64,000 nucleotides of DNA, from assembly GCA_977020255.1 (NCBI GenBank), contig CDROCS010005135.1, positions 1 through 64,000 of the forward strand, given 5' to 3'. The translations under genes and the position numbers were made by a program. Numbering within the stretch: the stretch's first letter is position 1; the number at the start of each line of letters is the position of its first letter. Positions 1 to 11,100 of the stretch are shown here, piece by piece. This DNA comes from Obrimoposthia wandeli. Lineage: Eukaryota. The notes below the pieces were generated by a model that worked only from the letters and a program-made list of their open reading frames with translations, did not search any database and was not told the origin of the DNA.

Positions 1-1
1 C

Positions 2-265
2 GTGGTAAAAAAGAAAGGTCCTCGATTGAACACAAAACGTTTATCAAATAACATGGTTTTCATGAAGCTGCGTATTGCCTTGAACCTTAAGGCTGAAGAT
101 ATTGTTGATATCTTAAAGCTTTCAGGCTTTGATGTAAGTAAGCATGAGCTTAGCTCGTTCTTCCGCAAGCCAGACAACAAGCACTACCGTGAATGTAAAG
201 ATCAAATTCTACGTAACTTCTTACAAGGTATTCAGCTAGATATTCGTCCAGAATCAGCTGAATAA
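2..265 (+). CDS. yehS: DUF1456/YehS family protein (probably 5'-truncated by window edge)
   Basis: KLRIALNLKAEDIVDIL..SFFRKPDNKHYRECKDQILRNFLQG resembles the YehS C-terminal repeat. Confidence 0.7.
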   Translation: MVKKKGPRLNTKRLSNNMVFMKLRIALNLKAEDIVDILKLSGFDVSKHELSSFFRKPDNKHYRECKDQILRNFLQGIQLDIRPESAE

Positions 266-299
266 AGAGAAAGTAAATACGTAAGTATTACAGATAAAG

Positions 300-327
300 A
301 AAAGGCTACCCACGGGTAGCCTTTTTT
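300..327 (+). terminator. Rho-independent terminator after yehS; group II intron insertion point lies just downstream
   Basis: AAAGGCTACC-cacg-GGTAGCCTTT hairpin followed by T tract. Confidence 0.85.
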
Positions 328-1065
328 GTGTTTGCTCGGCGAAGCCAGCAAACCCGTCTGCTTGAAAGAAAGCAGAATCACCCAGACTGAGGGGAAGATA
401 ATCCGAATGGCAAGGGCGTCATTGGCCAACGATGAGGTCTGAAGGAAGCCATAGGAAGTTAGAGGTACATAACGCAAGTGAACCCATATGTGGCGGGATT
501 GGTGGGTAAGTGTCCGCAATAGCACGAAGCCCGATACTCAGACAAACCAATCACGTGAAAGGGATGGGATCTCTAACAGGGACTGGTGCAGTAACCGAGG
601 AAGCCTAATAGCTCCAGCATAAGGCTGGAAGCATAAGCACAAGAGAAGTGATTCAAGGCTTATGTTGGTGTGAGGTGGCAGATGAACCCGTAGTAGTGAG
701 TAAAGTTCAGCCAGTGAGAGCAGTAATGGTGTGGAGGATAAAACTGAACAAACCAGCAGCAACGTGTTTGCTGGGCCCCAACATATGCAAAAAAGCTATG
801 GGTTGCGAAGGGGGAAGTAATCTTTAATACACTGAAAAAGAAGCGAAAAACCAAAACAAGGGTGCACAAGCTGCCGATTGGGCAGGGCATCCTCCCAATG
901 GCAAGAGTGAAATCGGCGCGATGGCTAGGAGCTGCACATAGGGAGTAGTCATTCCTACTCATTTGGAGGCAAGAAGGCGGGTTGAGCAGATTGCGAAATG
1001 CTAGAACACCTAACTGCGGTGACGAAACAAACCGAACTGACTTGGAAATAGCGAATGGACAGTGA

Positions 1066-2335
1066 TGTGAGACAGTAACCGTCGAATATGTTACAGCCTG
1101 TATGGACGCCTGCTTTCAATGCAAGCGCTCTGCTGAAGGGATTCAGAAGAATTGGAAAAACAAAGGCGCTCCCGGCGTAGACGGGCAGTGCGTGGAAGGA
1201 AGATTTTGCGCAAGATCTGGAAAGTAACCTCAAACAGTTACTGCTTGAACTGCAAGAAAAAGCGGTATCAACCACCAACCGTTAAGCGCGTCAAGATCCC
1301 AAAAGATGACGGCGCCGCGTTGTTAGGATCCCAGTTCGAGACCGGAATAGTTCAACAATGTCACCATCGACCATCATGACCCCCATCTTCGATCCCGACT
1401 TTCATCCATCAAGTTATGGTTATCGTCTGGGTAGGAGTTGTCATCAGGCCATCAGTAAAGCCACGATGTTTATACGCCAGTATGGGCGTCGACATGTGGT
1501 GGATATGGATCTGTCGAAATGCTTTGATATGCTCCGATCGCGAGCCTGATCATCCAATCAGTCAAACGACGTATCACAGACGGCAGTATTCTAAGGCTGA
1601 TAGATAAATTCCTGAAAAGTGGGGTCATGATAGGTGACGGTTGGCAGAAAAGTGAGCTGGGAAGCCCACAAGGTGGCGTATTCCAGTCCACTGCTTGCCA
1701 ATATTTATCTCGATGCCTTTGATCAAGACATGAAGAAGCGAAATCACCGAATAGTGCGCTACGCTGACGATATTCTGATCTTGTGCTGCACGCAAGCTGC
1801 CGCCGAGCATGCGAGAAAAGTCGCCAGTCATATCTTGGAAAAGCAACTGAAGCTAACAGTGAATGAACGCAAAACTCATATCGCCCACAGTGAGCGAAGG
1901 GTTAAATTTCTTGGCGTTGTGATAGGGACACCTCTACACGGATACAAGAAAGAAGTTCAACCACTTTAAAGCCAAGTAAAGCGCTCACCCGACGAAACAG
2001 TGGAAGAACTTAGCCATGGTGTAAAACTGAATCCTGTTTTGAGAGGAACCGTCAACGTGCTAAGATGGCGAATATAGTGAAAGTTAACCCAATTAGCGGG
2101 ATGGATAAGGCGTAGGCTGAGGCGTTTACAATTAAAGTTGTGGAAGAAGCCGATGAAACTGCATCGGAGATTGAAACAGCTTGGTTATAAGCCGCCATTC
2201 AAGTTTATGACGATGGACTCATGGAAAAATGCCGCGAGTCATTATCCCACTATGCCATGCCGAATCAATGGTTCAAGAGAGTGGCTTATATGCGATAGAC
2301 GAAGTGAAAACAGGATCTTGCTCCCTGTAAGATAG
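1066..2335 (+). pseudogene. ltrA: Group II intron reverse transcriptase/maturase, multiply frameshifted, no endonuclease domain seen
   Basis: Motifs NKGAPGVDG, YQPPTVKRVKIPK, SYGYRLGRSCHQA, VVDMDLSKCFD, SPLLANIYLD, RYADD, WIRRRLR are split over ORFs 1152-1379, 1358-1549, 1634-1969 and 2138-2335; start approximate. Confidence 0.9.
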
Positions 2336-2350
2336 GGAATAGAAGACTAC

Positions 2351-2423
2351 AGGAGCCGTATACGAGGTCCGTACGTACGGTTCTGTGAGAGGGATGAGGC
2401 GGTAACGCCTCACCCTACTCGAT
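2351..2423 (+). ncRNA. Group II intron domains V and VI
   Basis: GAGCCGTATACGAGGTCCGTACGTACGGTTC (D5, AGC triad) then GAGAGGGATGAGGCGGTAACGCCTCACCCTACTCGAT (D6). Confidence 0.9.
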
Positions 2424-2462
2424 ATCTGAACATGTGTACCTGAACATTTGTACGCGAGGGAA

Positions 2463-3077
2463 TTAGCCTATTAGTTGGTTCAATTCTTCACATGCAATTT
2501 TAGGCGATTTTGCATGACAAATCGCAGAGACTAAAGCAATACCAGCAACGTGTGTTTTGGCGACTGTTTGAATGTTTTCTTTGTTAATACCACCAATGGC
2601 GACAAGCGGTAATTTACTGGCTTTAACGGCTTTGTTTAAGCCATCGATTCCCCATGCATAGACGGTGTCGGTTTTGGTTGGCGTTGGGAAGATGGCACTA
2701 ATGCCAAGGTAGTCGATGGGTAGAGATTGCGCGTGTTCAAGTTGCACTTCATTCTCGACCGACAACCCCAGCAACTTATCGGGACCAATTAATTGGCGAG
2801 CAATATCAGCAGGCATATCTGACTGCCCCAGATGAACACCATCAGCATCGACAGCCAGTGCGACATCAACACGGTCATTAATAATTAATGGGATACCCGT
2901 ATTTAATAAAAGGGTTTTAATCACCATTGCGCGCTGAATGAATGCTCGAATATCACCATGCTTCTCACGGATTTGTACCATGGTGACACCGCCAGCGATA
3001 GCTTCATTAATCACAAACGTTAACGCTTCAATATCTTGATGTTCATCGGTAACAAGATACAGTCGATATTTATGCAT
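2463..3077 (-). CDS. thiE: Thiamine-phosphate synthase
   Basis: LYLVTD, VQIREK, LIINDRVDVALAVDADGVHLGQSD, PTPTK, VAIGGI; start placed at MHKY (ORF track extends to 3101). Confidence 0.95.
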   Translation of the reverse strand: MHKYRLYLVTDEHQDIEALTFVINEAIAGGVTMVQIREKHGDIRAFIQRAMVIKTLLLNTGIPLIINDRVDVALAVDADGVHLGQSDMPADIARQLIGPDKLLGLSVENEVQLEHAQSLPIDYLGISAIFPTPTKTDTVYAWGIDGLNKAVKASKLPLVAIGGINKENIQTVAKTHVAGIALVSAICHAKSPKIACEELNQLIG

Positions 3078-3091
3078 GTTCGCACTACCTT

Positions 3092-3916
3092 TTAGTGACA
3101 TCCGTCTTCAACAAGATTAATGCGTATATATTCTCGTAATACTGCTTCATCAAGATGATAGAGCGTATCAAGTAGGTTGAGTTGTAAGCTGCCTGGCCCT
3201 GCGGCATCACGAGCTGCTATCTCTCCTGCAACACCCAGTACAGCGGTTGCAGCTAAGCCTGTCGTCTCACCAATTGCCGCAAATGCGCCAGTAAGTGCAG
3301 TATGAGAGCAGCCCATACCTGTTACATAGGGCATCATTTCATGGCCGTTGTTAAGCGCAATGGTAGCTGTTGTGGTAACAATATAATCTGTCGCACCAGA
3401 GATCACGACGCTACAGTTATTTTGTGTCGCGAGGTGGTGTGCGGCATGAACCGCTTTATCGCTACTATCGAGTGCATCTACGCCTTTTGATTGCGCTTTT
3501 TCACCTGCAAGAGCAATAATTTCAGATGCATTACCACGAATAGTCAATTGATCGGCTAATGCCACAATCTGTCGTGCGGTATTGGTACGTAGCGCACTTG
3601 CCCCGCAACCGACGGGGTCGAGTACGACGGGTTTATTATTGGCATTTGCTTGTTCTACTGCGTAGATCATACGAGGAATCCAGACAGAATCTAAGGTGCC
3701 AATATTGATCACTAAACTGCCGGCAAAGCTCATCATCTCTGCCATTTCTTCTTGGCTATGCGCCATAATAGGCGATGCACCAATCGCTAGCAGAGCATTG
3801 GCGGTATTATTCATAACGACGTAATTAGTGACATTCACCACGAGTGGTTTTTGTTGGCGCAGCGTATTTAATGCATCACAGATAGACTGCGTGTAATCGA
3901 GATCGCACTTTTTCAT
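3092..3916 (-). CDS. thiM: Hydroxyethylthiazole kinase
   Basis: [53 protein letters not shown]; start placed at MKKCDL. Confidence 0.95.
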   Translation of the reverse strand: MKKCDLDYTQSICDALNTLRQQKPLVVNVTNYVVMNNTANALLAIGASPIMAHSQEEMAEMMSFAGSLVINIGTLDSVWIPRMIYAVEQANANNKPVVLDPVGCGASALRTNTARQIVALADQLTIRGNASEIIALAGEKAQSKGVDALDSSDKAVHAAHHLATQNNCSVVISGATDYIVTTTATIALNNGHEMMPYVTGMGCSHTALTGAFAAIGETTGLAATAVLGVAGEIAARDAAGPGSLQLNLLDTLYHLDEAVLREYIRINLVEDGCH

Positions 3917-3974
3917 GCATCCATTCCTTTTTTGTTTATTACTAACCGACGTTATTACTAACGAACACACCTAC

Positions 3975-4002
3975 AAAAAAGGCCACCAGAAGGCAGCCTT
4001 TT
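3975..4002 (-). terminator. asnS terminator
   Basis: Minus-strand GGCTGCC-ttct-GGTGGCC hairpin plus T tract just after the asnS stop. Confidence 0.65.
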
Positions 4003-4027
4003 AATTCACGTTAGTTGCAACTTCACA

Positions 4028-5428
4028 TTAGAAGTTTGCAGAACGTGGTGCGCGTGGGAACGGAATTACGTCACGGATGTTTTGCATACCAGTAACGTAA
4101 GTAACCAAACGCTCAAAACCTAAACCGAAGCCTGAGTGAGGAACTGTACCGTAACGACGTAGGTCGCGGTACCATTCGATCTGGCTTGCGTCGATGCCCA
4201 TTTCAGCAATACGCTTATCTAGATGCTCTAAACGCTCTTCACGCTGAGAACCACCGATAATCTCACCGATGCCTGGTGCTAGAACATCCATAGCAGCAAC
4301 CGTTTTACCATCGTCATTCATACGCATGTAGAATGCTTTGATATCTTTCGGGTAGTTTTTAACAACTACTGGTGCTTTGAAGTGCTCTTCAGCAAGGTAG
4401 CGTTCGTGTTCAGAAGACATATCAATGCCCCACTCAACATCAAACTCAAACTTACGACCAGAATCTTGTAGGATCTGGATTGCATCAGTGTAATCAACTT
4501 GTGCAAAGTCAGATGTTACAAACTGCTCTAGGCGAGTAATTGCTTCTTTGTTGATACGTTGTGCAAAGAACTCAAGGTCATCACGACGTTCTTCAAGTAC
4601 GGCTTTAAATACGTACTTAAGCATGTCTTCAGCCAGTTTCGCAGCGTCATCAAGATCGGCGAAAGCAACTTCAGGCTCAACCATCCAGAATTCTGCAAGG
4701 TGGCGGCTGGTGTTTGAGTTTTCAGCACGGAAAGTAGGGCCGAATGTGTATACTTTGCTTAATGCACAAGCATAGGTTTCAGCATTCAACTGACCAGATA
4801 CCGTCAGGAATGTTTCTTTACCGAAGAAGTCTTTATCGAAATCAACTTCGCCAGCGTCCGTCATCGGAACGTTAGCTAGATCAAGTGTTGATACGCGGAA
4901 CATCTCACCCGCACCTTCACAGTCAGACGCTGTGATAAGTGGAGCAGACATCCAGAAGAAACCTTGCTCGTGGTAGAAGCGGTGAATTGCCTGAGACAGA
5001 CAGTTACGTACACGCGCTACAGCACCAATCATGTTAGTACGCGGACGTAGGTGCGCAACTTCACGAAGGTACTCAATTGAGTGACGAGTTTTCGCCATTG
5101 GGTATGTATCAGGGTCTTCAACTAAACCTACAACTTTAACTTCAGTTGCAGCAAGCTCAAAATCTTGACCTTTAGCTGGAGATTCAACAATTTTACCCGT
5201 TACTTCAACAGAGCAACCAGTAGTTAGCTTTAGGACTTCTTCTTGATAATTATTTAACTCATTCGGGACCACGGCCTGAATCGGGTCGAAACAAGAGCCG
5301 TCATAAATGGCAAGAAAAGAGATTCCAGCTTTAGAATCACGACGTGAACGGACCCAGCCTCGAACAGTAACTTCACTGTCTACTGCTAGCTTTCCGCTTA
5401 GTACGTCTGTTACAGGCGCGTAAGTCAT
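4028..5428 (-). CDS. asnS: Asparagine--tRNA ligase
   Basis: OB-fold N-terminus, [45 protein letters not shown]; start MTYAPV gives 466 aa. Confidence 0.98.
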   Translation of the reverse strand: MTYAPVTDVLSGKLAVDSEVTVRGWVRSRRDSKAGISFLAIYDGSCFDPIQAVVPNELNNYQEEVLKLTTGCSVEVTGKIVESPAKGQDFELAATEVKVVGLVEDPDTYPMAKTRHSIEYLREVAHLRPRTNMIGAVARVRNCLSQAIHRFYHEQGFFWMSAPLITASDCEGAGEMFRVSTLDLANVPMTDAGEVDFDKDFFGKETFLTVSGQLNAETYACALSKVYTFGPTFRAENSNTSRHLAEFWMVEPEVAFADLDDAAKLAEDMLKYVFKAVLEERRDDLEFFAQRINKEAITRLEQFVTSDFAQVDYTDAIQILQDSGRKFEFDVEWGIDMSSEHERYLAEEHFKAPVVVKNYPKDIKAFYMRMNDDGKTVAAMDVLAPGIGEIIGGSQREERLEHLDKRIAEMGIDASQIEWYRDLRRYGTVPHSGFGLGFERLVTYVTGMQNIRDVIPFPRAPRSANF

Positions 5429-5768
5429 GTTTAAAATATTCTCCGTTAAGGCACTCATACTTCATCATTAAAGATAAGACGTGCTTTAAAATACATTCCG
5501 AATAATCAATATTACCTTTCTTACGTCAGGCATCAAGCTTTGTTATCACTTGAAAGCGTAAATAGCGAAAGTAATCGCTCTAGACGCTATGATTGCTGCT
5601 CAATAATTGCACGAATTTTTTAATGTTGAGGTTATTGTGCGTAATTTAACCAGAAATGGCGATGCTGAAGATGGCGTCATCCAATTACATAGGTGCAACG
5701 ACTCGCGAAATAATATAGGTAAAAAAATCAGGCAAGTATCCTTGCCTGATCATTATCATTTAAGTGGC

Positions 5769-8609
5769 TTAGGCTTGGTTAAGGTACTCACAGGTTTGAC
5801 CGTCATTCAAAATCGTCCCTTTTGCAGGTACTGGAGGAACGTTTGATTCTACTGGTGGATCAACCGGTGGTTCTCCTTCTACTGGCACTTCAGGTTCAGG
5901 TGGAGGAGGCGGTGGAATGATAACGGCTTCAGGTATGTCATCAGCACTGACTAAGGTCACAATATCACTCCACATTTCACCTTCTTGCGTGGTGTACATT
6001 AAGGCTTCATCACTCTGCCAACGTGTTTGGTGATTAAAGGCTTTGATCGCAAAGCGCAGACCATCAGATTCTGTGATTTTAATGCGCTCATTCATTGAAC
6101 CATCAAGTGCTTGATAATAAAGGGTGCCATCTTCTTCAATCCGCCACCTGATTTCGAAGTTAAAACCACAACCATCGGTATCGCCGTATGAACCCTTGAA
6201 GTCGTCACCATCAAAATTATCCGTGAGTTTTAAATATCGTGAACTATCACTAGCAAACGTTAAAGCAAGATCATCGCTGGTAACACCAGTATCATTAAGT
6301 AACATTTTTTCGGTAAATTGGGTGGTCTTTTGATCCCAGCTAACAAGGCACGCTGCTGTTTGCGTGATGTATTGAGTCAGTGATTGCTTGGTGATTGGGG
6401 CAATGTTGTTAAAACTCCAACCAGAATCATTGGTCTCACAAGCTGAAAGCTGATCGGGAGCATATTCTTTTACAATGTTAGAATAAATCGTTTCAGAGGG
6501 TGAACCGACACCGTCATCGTTAATTGAATAGGCTTTTACCACATGTAATTTGTCGTTTAGATCGCGGCTTGTTCTTGCCCAATAATCGAAGTTGTCATCA
6601 CTGGCGGGTGATGCCCAATCTAAACGTAAATAACCATCGTCGGTTAAAGACCATGCTCTGGTTATGTCGTCTTTAACGCTATTGTTGTAAAGCTCCCAAT
6701 TATTGTCTTCTTTTAATATGATGGTACTAATTTCGCCATCTGGGGTGATTTGAACGATGTGTTGATCGATTAATGCGCTAATATTTTGAGTATTAAAACG
6801 ATCATCACCACCACATTCAATCACAGCGTTAAGGTATTTATCGCCATTGGCATTGGATGTGTTGCCATAATTACAGAGACCAAAAGCAGGAAGGTTACTG
6901 CGTGTGGCGAGAGCAAAAATTTGTTCCTTAGCGGCAACGTTAAATCCTGAGAAATGAGATTTTTCACCATCGAGCAGTGTTTCACCGATATTGATGTAAT
7001 TTTTATCATTCACTAAGAACAGTTGGCGTGTATTGAAGTCATAACTTGCATCAAGTTGAGCAATAAGATTGGGCACCTCGAAGCGAATGAGTTCTTTACC
7101 AAACGTATTGACTGATCCCCATGTACCTTCGGCTTGAACTTGCCAATTATCACCTGCAACGTTGTACCAGTAAAAGACGGTATTGAAGTCATTACTAATA
7201 AATTCAGCTACGACATTATCAGAGATCTTAAAGCCATTAACGTTTAAGAATGTTTCGCTAGGCTGGCTGGTAAAGATATCGTCAAGGTTGGTGTAATAAA
7301 GAAGCGGGGCGATAACGGGCGCAATACGGCAATCAGCCACATCATTACGGTTATTACATAATAGGTGTTGGTCTGTTTGAGGTTTCCATGTGAAATAAAA
7401 ACCGTATGCACCGTCTTCAAAAACAGCATCTTCTTTAATGTATTTAGTCAGTCGATGATTATCTTCTGTTGCTAAGTAATCGTACATTGTCTTATCCGTT
7501 AACGGGTAAGCATTAACCTCAAGTGTCAGGCCTTTATCATCATTATTATTGAGTGCGGCATTGGTTAAGATTGCGGTTCTTGGTGTAATAAATAGTACTT
7601 GTAAATAATCGTACAGCCCAACCCAACCTTCAGTGGTAAGAATTTGTTCCGTAATATCATTGTCACTGAATGCGGTTGTGCCGCTGAAGTAGGTGAAATA
7701 TTCATTCAATGCGATGTCTGCATCATCATTTTTATCCCACTTGTATTGAGCGGTTATGCTCTCTTGTCCGTCGTAAGACGTATGGTCGGCATTGATGTTA
7801 TTACCATCGTTAGATGCTTGACTTTTTAGCTGCCAGAATCCTTCCGTTAAAATTGCTTCTACGTCTGAAATTGCGCTGGTTTGTTCAGTGTATTTACGTT
7901 CAATTAAGCCTGATGTCATTGCTTTAACCAGAGTTAAAGACATCATCTCTTCAATGGTTATACCGCGTAAGCCAATTTGAGAAACTAAAATATTATTGAG
8001 TTCGGTACCTATTTCATCAAACATCTCTGTGGCAGTACGTAACTCTATAAAGCCGGGTTTAGAAACAACCTCGCTGAAAATTCCCCAATCCTCATCGCTG
8101 ATGACTTTTTGTGCAACAGAAAAGTAGGCGAGTGTGGAATTGAGCGTGACAGCGACATCGGTAGAGAGAAGAGGCGCAACAAAGACGTTATCAGGCAGTG
8201 CCTCACCAAGGGTAAAGTTTGGTGTATTGAAACGACTAACAAGAACAACTGCATTGAAACGTGTAAGCGTATCGGCATCAATAAGATACGTTCCTACTGG
8301 GTCTTCTTCCCAATGGGTTATATCAGCTTGTCGATAGATCTTGCCTTCAGCATCAAGTAGAACAATAACAAAATTATTTTCACTAAGACTTGTGAGTGCA
8401 TCGGCATAGGCACTATTTATGATACCAGTTGTTGATTGATAGGCGGTGTTCACACCAATCGGTACATCAACACTAATATTGAAACGGGTAGAAATTGCTG
8501 CTTGTTCTGCAGGTGCTGCTGCAACAGGATCTTCTTGTCCTCCGCCGCCACAGGCTTGTAATAAACCTAATGCCACAGCACAGAGTAATACACTCAGATA
8601 ATTGCGCAT
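5769..8609 (-). CDS. Large uncharacterised lipoprotein (946 aa) with Pro-rich C-terminal linker
   Basis: Signal peptide with lipobox LLQA-C then GGGG; acidic, Asn/Thr-rich body; PPPPPPEPEVPVEGEPPVDPP near the C-terminus. Confidence 0.8.
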   Translation of the reverse strand: MRNYLSVLLCAVALGLLQACGGGGQEDPVAAAPAEQAAISTRFNISVDVPIGVNTAYQSTTGIINSAYADALTSLSENNFVIVLLDAEGKIYRQADITHWEEDPVGTYLIDADTLTRFNAVVLVSRFNTPNFTLGEALPDNVFVAPLLSTDVAVTLNSTLAYFSVAQKVISDEDWGIFSEVVSKPGFIELRTATEMFDEIGTELNNILVSQIGLRGITIEEMMSLTLVKAMTSGLIERKYTEQTSAISDVEAILTEGFWQLKSQASNDGNNINADHTSYDGQESITAQYKWDKNDDADIALNEYFTYFSGTTAFSDNDITEQILTTEGWVGLYDYLQVLFITPRTAILTNAALNNNDDKGLTLEVNAYPLTDKTMYDYLATEDNHRLTKYIKEDAVFEDGAYGFYFTWKPQTDQHLLCNNRNDVADCRIAPVIAPLLYYTNLDDIFTSQPSETFLNVNGFKISDNVVAEFISNDFNTVFYWYNVAGDNWQVQAEGTWGSVNTFGKELIRFEVPNLIAQLDASYDFNTRQLFLVNDKNYINIGETLLDGEKSHFSGFNVAAKEQIFALATRSNLPAFGLCNYGNTSNANGDKYLNAVIECGGDDRFNTQNISALIDQHIVQITPDGEISTIILKEDNNWELYNNSVKDDITRAWSLTDDGYLRLDWASPASDDNFDYWARTSRDLNDKLHVVKAYSINDDGVGSPSETIYSNIVKEYAPDQLSACETNDSGWSFNNIAPITKQSLTQYITQTAACLVSWDQKTTQFTEKMLLNDTGVTSDDLALTFASDSSRYLKLTDNFDGDDFKGSYGDTDGCGFNFEIRWRIEEDGTLYYQALDGSMNERIKITESDGLRFAIKAFNHQTRWQSDEALMYTTQEGEMWSDIVTLVSADDIPEAVIIPPPPPPEPEVPVEGEPPVDPPVESNVPPVPAKGTILNDGQTCEYLNQA

Positions 8610-8862
8610 GCTGACTCCCCAATTGGTAAATTTTTATGTGTCTTTATTTTTGCTGAGTATAGATAGAGGGGAATTATTTTGTGTAAAAGGAGAGAGTCGA
8701 TCTTGGCAATGGAACGGATTCTAATATTTAAGATTATTGTGAGACAGTGAAGAAAAACGGTGCCTCATTATGAGCCACCGCTTTTCTTCATATATAACGG
8801 CTTAATATGTAATAGATTTCATACTTGACGATCGTTATATGTAAAAATATGAACGTCAGATT

Positions 8863-9543
8863 TTAAGCAATCGCTAAATATTTGTGTGTCTGAATAGACA
8901 AACGCCAGTTACGTTTTATGCAGGTATCGATACATAAATCCGTTGCTCTTGGTTTCTGACTGATCGGCTGTAGCGCGATGGTTACATCTTGTTTTAATGT
9001 GACACCGTCAATAAGCGCATCAAGTTGTTCAATGTCTTTACTTGTGCCAACAGGGTGCTTGATTTCATCTGCACGTGAAAGCGCTGAAGCTAATACTGGC
9101 AGCTTTGCTTTCATATTGATTTTAGGAGAAACCGTTACCCAGGTGTTTTCAGTTGCTAGAATCTCAGATGTACCACTGGTTTCTATTTGGCAGTTAAACC
9201 CAGCGGTTTCTAAAGCTGCTGTTAATGGTACAAGGTCATAAATACAAGGTTCGCCCCCCGTAATTACCACATGCCGAGCTGTGTAGCCCTGATCTTGCAG
9301 CAAAGTGACAATGCCTGTGGCGTCAATATTGGTCCAAAGGGGGGAGTCCCCTTTTTTTGCCATGATGTCATTTAATGATGCGTAATCAGTTGGCTCTGCA
9401 TCCCATGTTTGCTTGGTATCACACCATGAGCAACCAACAGGACAAACCTGTAAACGAACAAATATTGCAGGAACACCAGTGAAAGTACCTTCACCCTGAA
9501 TTGTCTCGAAGACTTCATTTATTTTGTACACGCATAACCTCAT
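8863..9543 (-). CDS. queE: 7-carboxy-7-deazaguanine synthase (radical SAM); GTG at 9531 is the likely start
   Basis: INEVFETIQGEG..GVPAIFVRLQ, CPVGCSWCD (CxxxCxxC), VITGGEP, IETSGT, WRLSIQTHKY. Confidence 0.95.
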   Translation of the reverse strand: MRLCVYKINEVFETIQGEGTFTGVPAIFVRLQVCPVGCSWCDTKQTWDAEPTDYASLNDIMAKKGDSPLWTNIDATGIVTLLQDQGYTARHVVITGGEPCIYDLVPLTAALETAGFNCQIETSGTSEILATENTWVTVSPKINMKAKLPVLASALSRADEIKHPVGTSKDIEQLDALIDGVTLKQDVTIALQPISQKPRATDLCIDTCIKRNWRLSIQTHKYLAIA

Positions 9544-9668
9544 GGCGAATCAGAATGGCTGTGAGGGCTCTGATTCAAAAAAATACAAATTTCATTTCTA
9601 AAAATAAAGGTAAAAAACACACCGATGGAGCATTATGTCAGAACAAAAAGGGGTTGTCTTTAGTCATT

Positions 9669-9690
9669 CCTCGTGACGCATATCACGTAC
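9669..9690. promoter_or_regulatory. Putative CRP site upstream of mlc
   Basis: CGTGA-cgcata-TCACG matches TGTGA-N6-TCACA. Confidence 0.5.
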
Positions 9691-9731
9691 TGAGAAGAAT
9701 AGTCTTCACAATTACTTCGCAAAGTAAAAAA

Positions 9732-9754
9732 ATTAGTTCGCAGCGAAAAAGAAT
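9732..9754. promoter_or_regulatory. Putative Mlc/NagC-type operator (autoregulation)
   Basis: TT-cgcagcgaa-AA core (TT-N9-AA) in AT-rich flanks, upstream of mlc. Confidence 0.4.
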
Positions 9755-9811
9755 GTTATTTTTTGTGTTTTATAGTATCCATTTTTTTACTTTTTAGATG
9801 GGAGTAATGGC

Positions 9812-11026
9812 ATGTATGTCGCTCAGCCTGGACATATTGACCACATTAAACGTAATAATGCAGGCAGCGTGTACAAACTTATTGATTTATTTGGGCCTAT
9901 TTCGCGAATTGAATTATCTAAACGAAGTCTGTTAGCACCTGCAAGTATTACAAAGATTACGCGTGAGTTGATAGATGCTCACTTAATCAAAGAAACGCAG
10001 TGGCAAGAAACCCTAAGTCGAGGTCGTCCCGCGATTGGTTTAGTACCTGCCAATGAAGGCTGGCAGTTTTTATCAATGCGGCTTGGGCGTGGTTATTTAA
10101 CCATTGCTTTGCATGAATTAGGTGGCGATATCTTGGTTGAAGAACGCCAAGACATTGAAGAATTACAACAAGAAGCGGTTGTTGATAAGTTACTCCGCGA
10201 AATTAACATTTTTTTTGCTAACCATGTCAGCGAATTAGATCGAATGACCGCGATAGCCCTAACATTACCAGGCTTAGTGAATTCACAAGAAGGCATTGTT
10301 TTACAGATGCCACATTACGATGTGAAAAATCTGGCGTTGGGTCCGATTATTCATGAGGCGACGGGGTTATCGGTATTTATTGGTAACGATACCCGATCTT
10401 GGGCGCTGGCTGAGAAGCTATTTGGTAACTCTCGAGGTGTTGCTAACTCCATTTTAGTCTCGATTCATAATGGTGTTGGTGCTGGTATTGTTTTGGATGA
10501 CAAAGTATTACAAGGCAGAACGGGTAATGTCGGTGAGCTAGGGCACATTCAAATTAAGCCTTATGGCAAACGGTGCTTCTGTGGCAATCACGGTTGTTTA
10601 GAGACAGTCGCGAGCTTAAAAGCGATTTTAGAGCAAGTTGAACAACGATTAAAAGAAGGCCACCCTTCTTGTTTACATGGCACAACACTTACGATTGAAA
10701 GTATTTGTGATGCAGCTGTTGCTGGAGACACGTTAGCGCGTCAGGTTATTATTGAACTGGGCCATCACCTTGGGCAAGCCATTGCGATTATGGTGAACTT
10801 GTTTAATCCCGATAAAATTCTAATCGGGGGGGAGTTTAACCGTGCTAAAACCGTGTTATACCCTGCGATATTAGAGTGTATTCGTAATCAATCTTTACCT
10901 GTTTATAATCGTGACTTAACTGTTGAAGAAAGTTGTTTTTATACACAAGCGACGATGCCCGGAGCAGCTCTGGTTAAGCAGGCAATGTATGACGGTCATT
11001 TATTAATGAAGTTAGTTGATGGTTAG
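9812..11026 (+). CDS. mlc: ROK-family global sugar regulator Mlc
   Basis: QPGHIDHIK..NAG, LAPASITKITREL, GRPA, GELGHIQI, CFCGNHGCLET. Confidence 0.93.
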   Translation: MYVAQPGHIDHIKRNNAGSVYKLIDLFGPISRIELSKRSLLAPASITKITRELIDAHLIKETQWQETLSRGRPAIGLVPANEGWQFLSMRLGRGYLTIALHELGGDILVEERQDIEELQQEAVVDKLLREINIFFANHVSELDRMTAIALTLPGLVNSQEGIVLQMPHYDVKNLALGPIIHEATGLSVFIGNDTRSWALAEKLFGNSRGVANSILVSIHNGVGAGIVLDDKVLQGRTGNVGELGHIQIKPYGKRCFCGNHGCLETVASLKAILEQVEQRLKEGHPSCLHGTTLTIESICDAAVAGDTLARQVIIELGHHLGQAIAIMVNLFNPDKILIGGEFNRAKTVLYPAILECIRNQSLPVYNRDLTVEESCFYTQATMPGAALVKQAMYDGHLLMKLVDG

Positions 11027-11045
11027 GCTTTTGTACTCAAAATAG

Positions 11046-11072
11046 AAAACGCAGTGAATAACTGCGTTTTTT
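11046..11072. terminator. Bidirectional terminator between mlc and the Lon-N gene
   Basis: AAAACGCAGT-gaata-ACTGCGTTTT. Confidence 0.8.
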
Positions 11073-11100
11073 ATTTGAATATACAAATACAAAGTAGGTT

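Larger units (their letters stand above)
328..2423 (+). mobile_element. Group II intron (RNA plus degenerate RT/maturase ORF)
   Basis: RT fragments, canonical D5/D6 at the 3' end ending CTACTCGAT; 5' boundary estimated at GTG just after the terminator (uncertain by a few nt). Confidence 0.9.

Noticed and set aside
232-1278. Minus-strand ORFs 232-525, 538-762, 660-962 and 955-1278
   Set aside because: They lie antisense within the group II intron RNA and RT region and have no recognisable motifs
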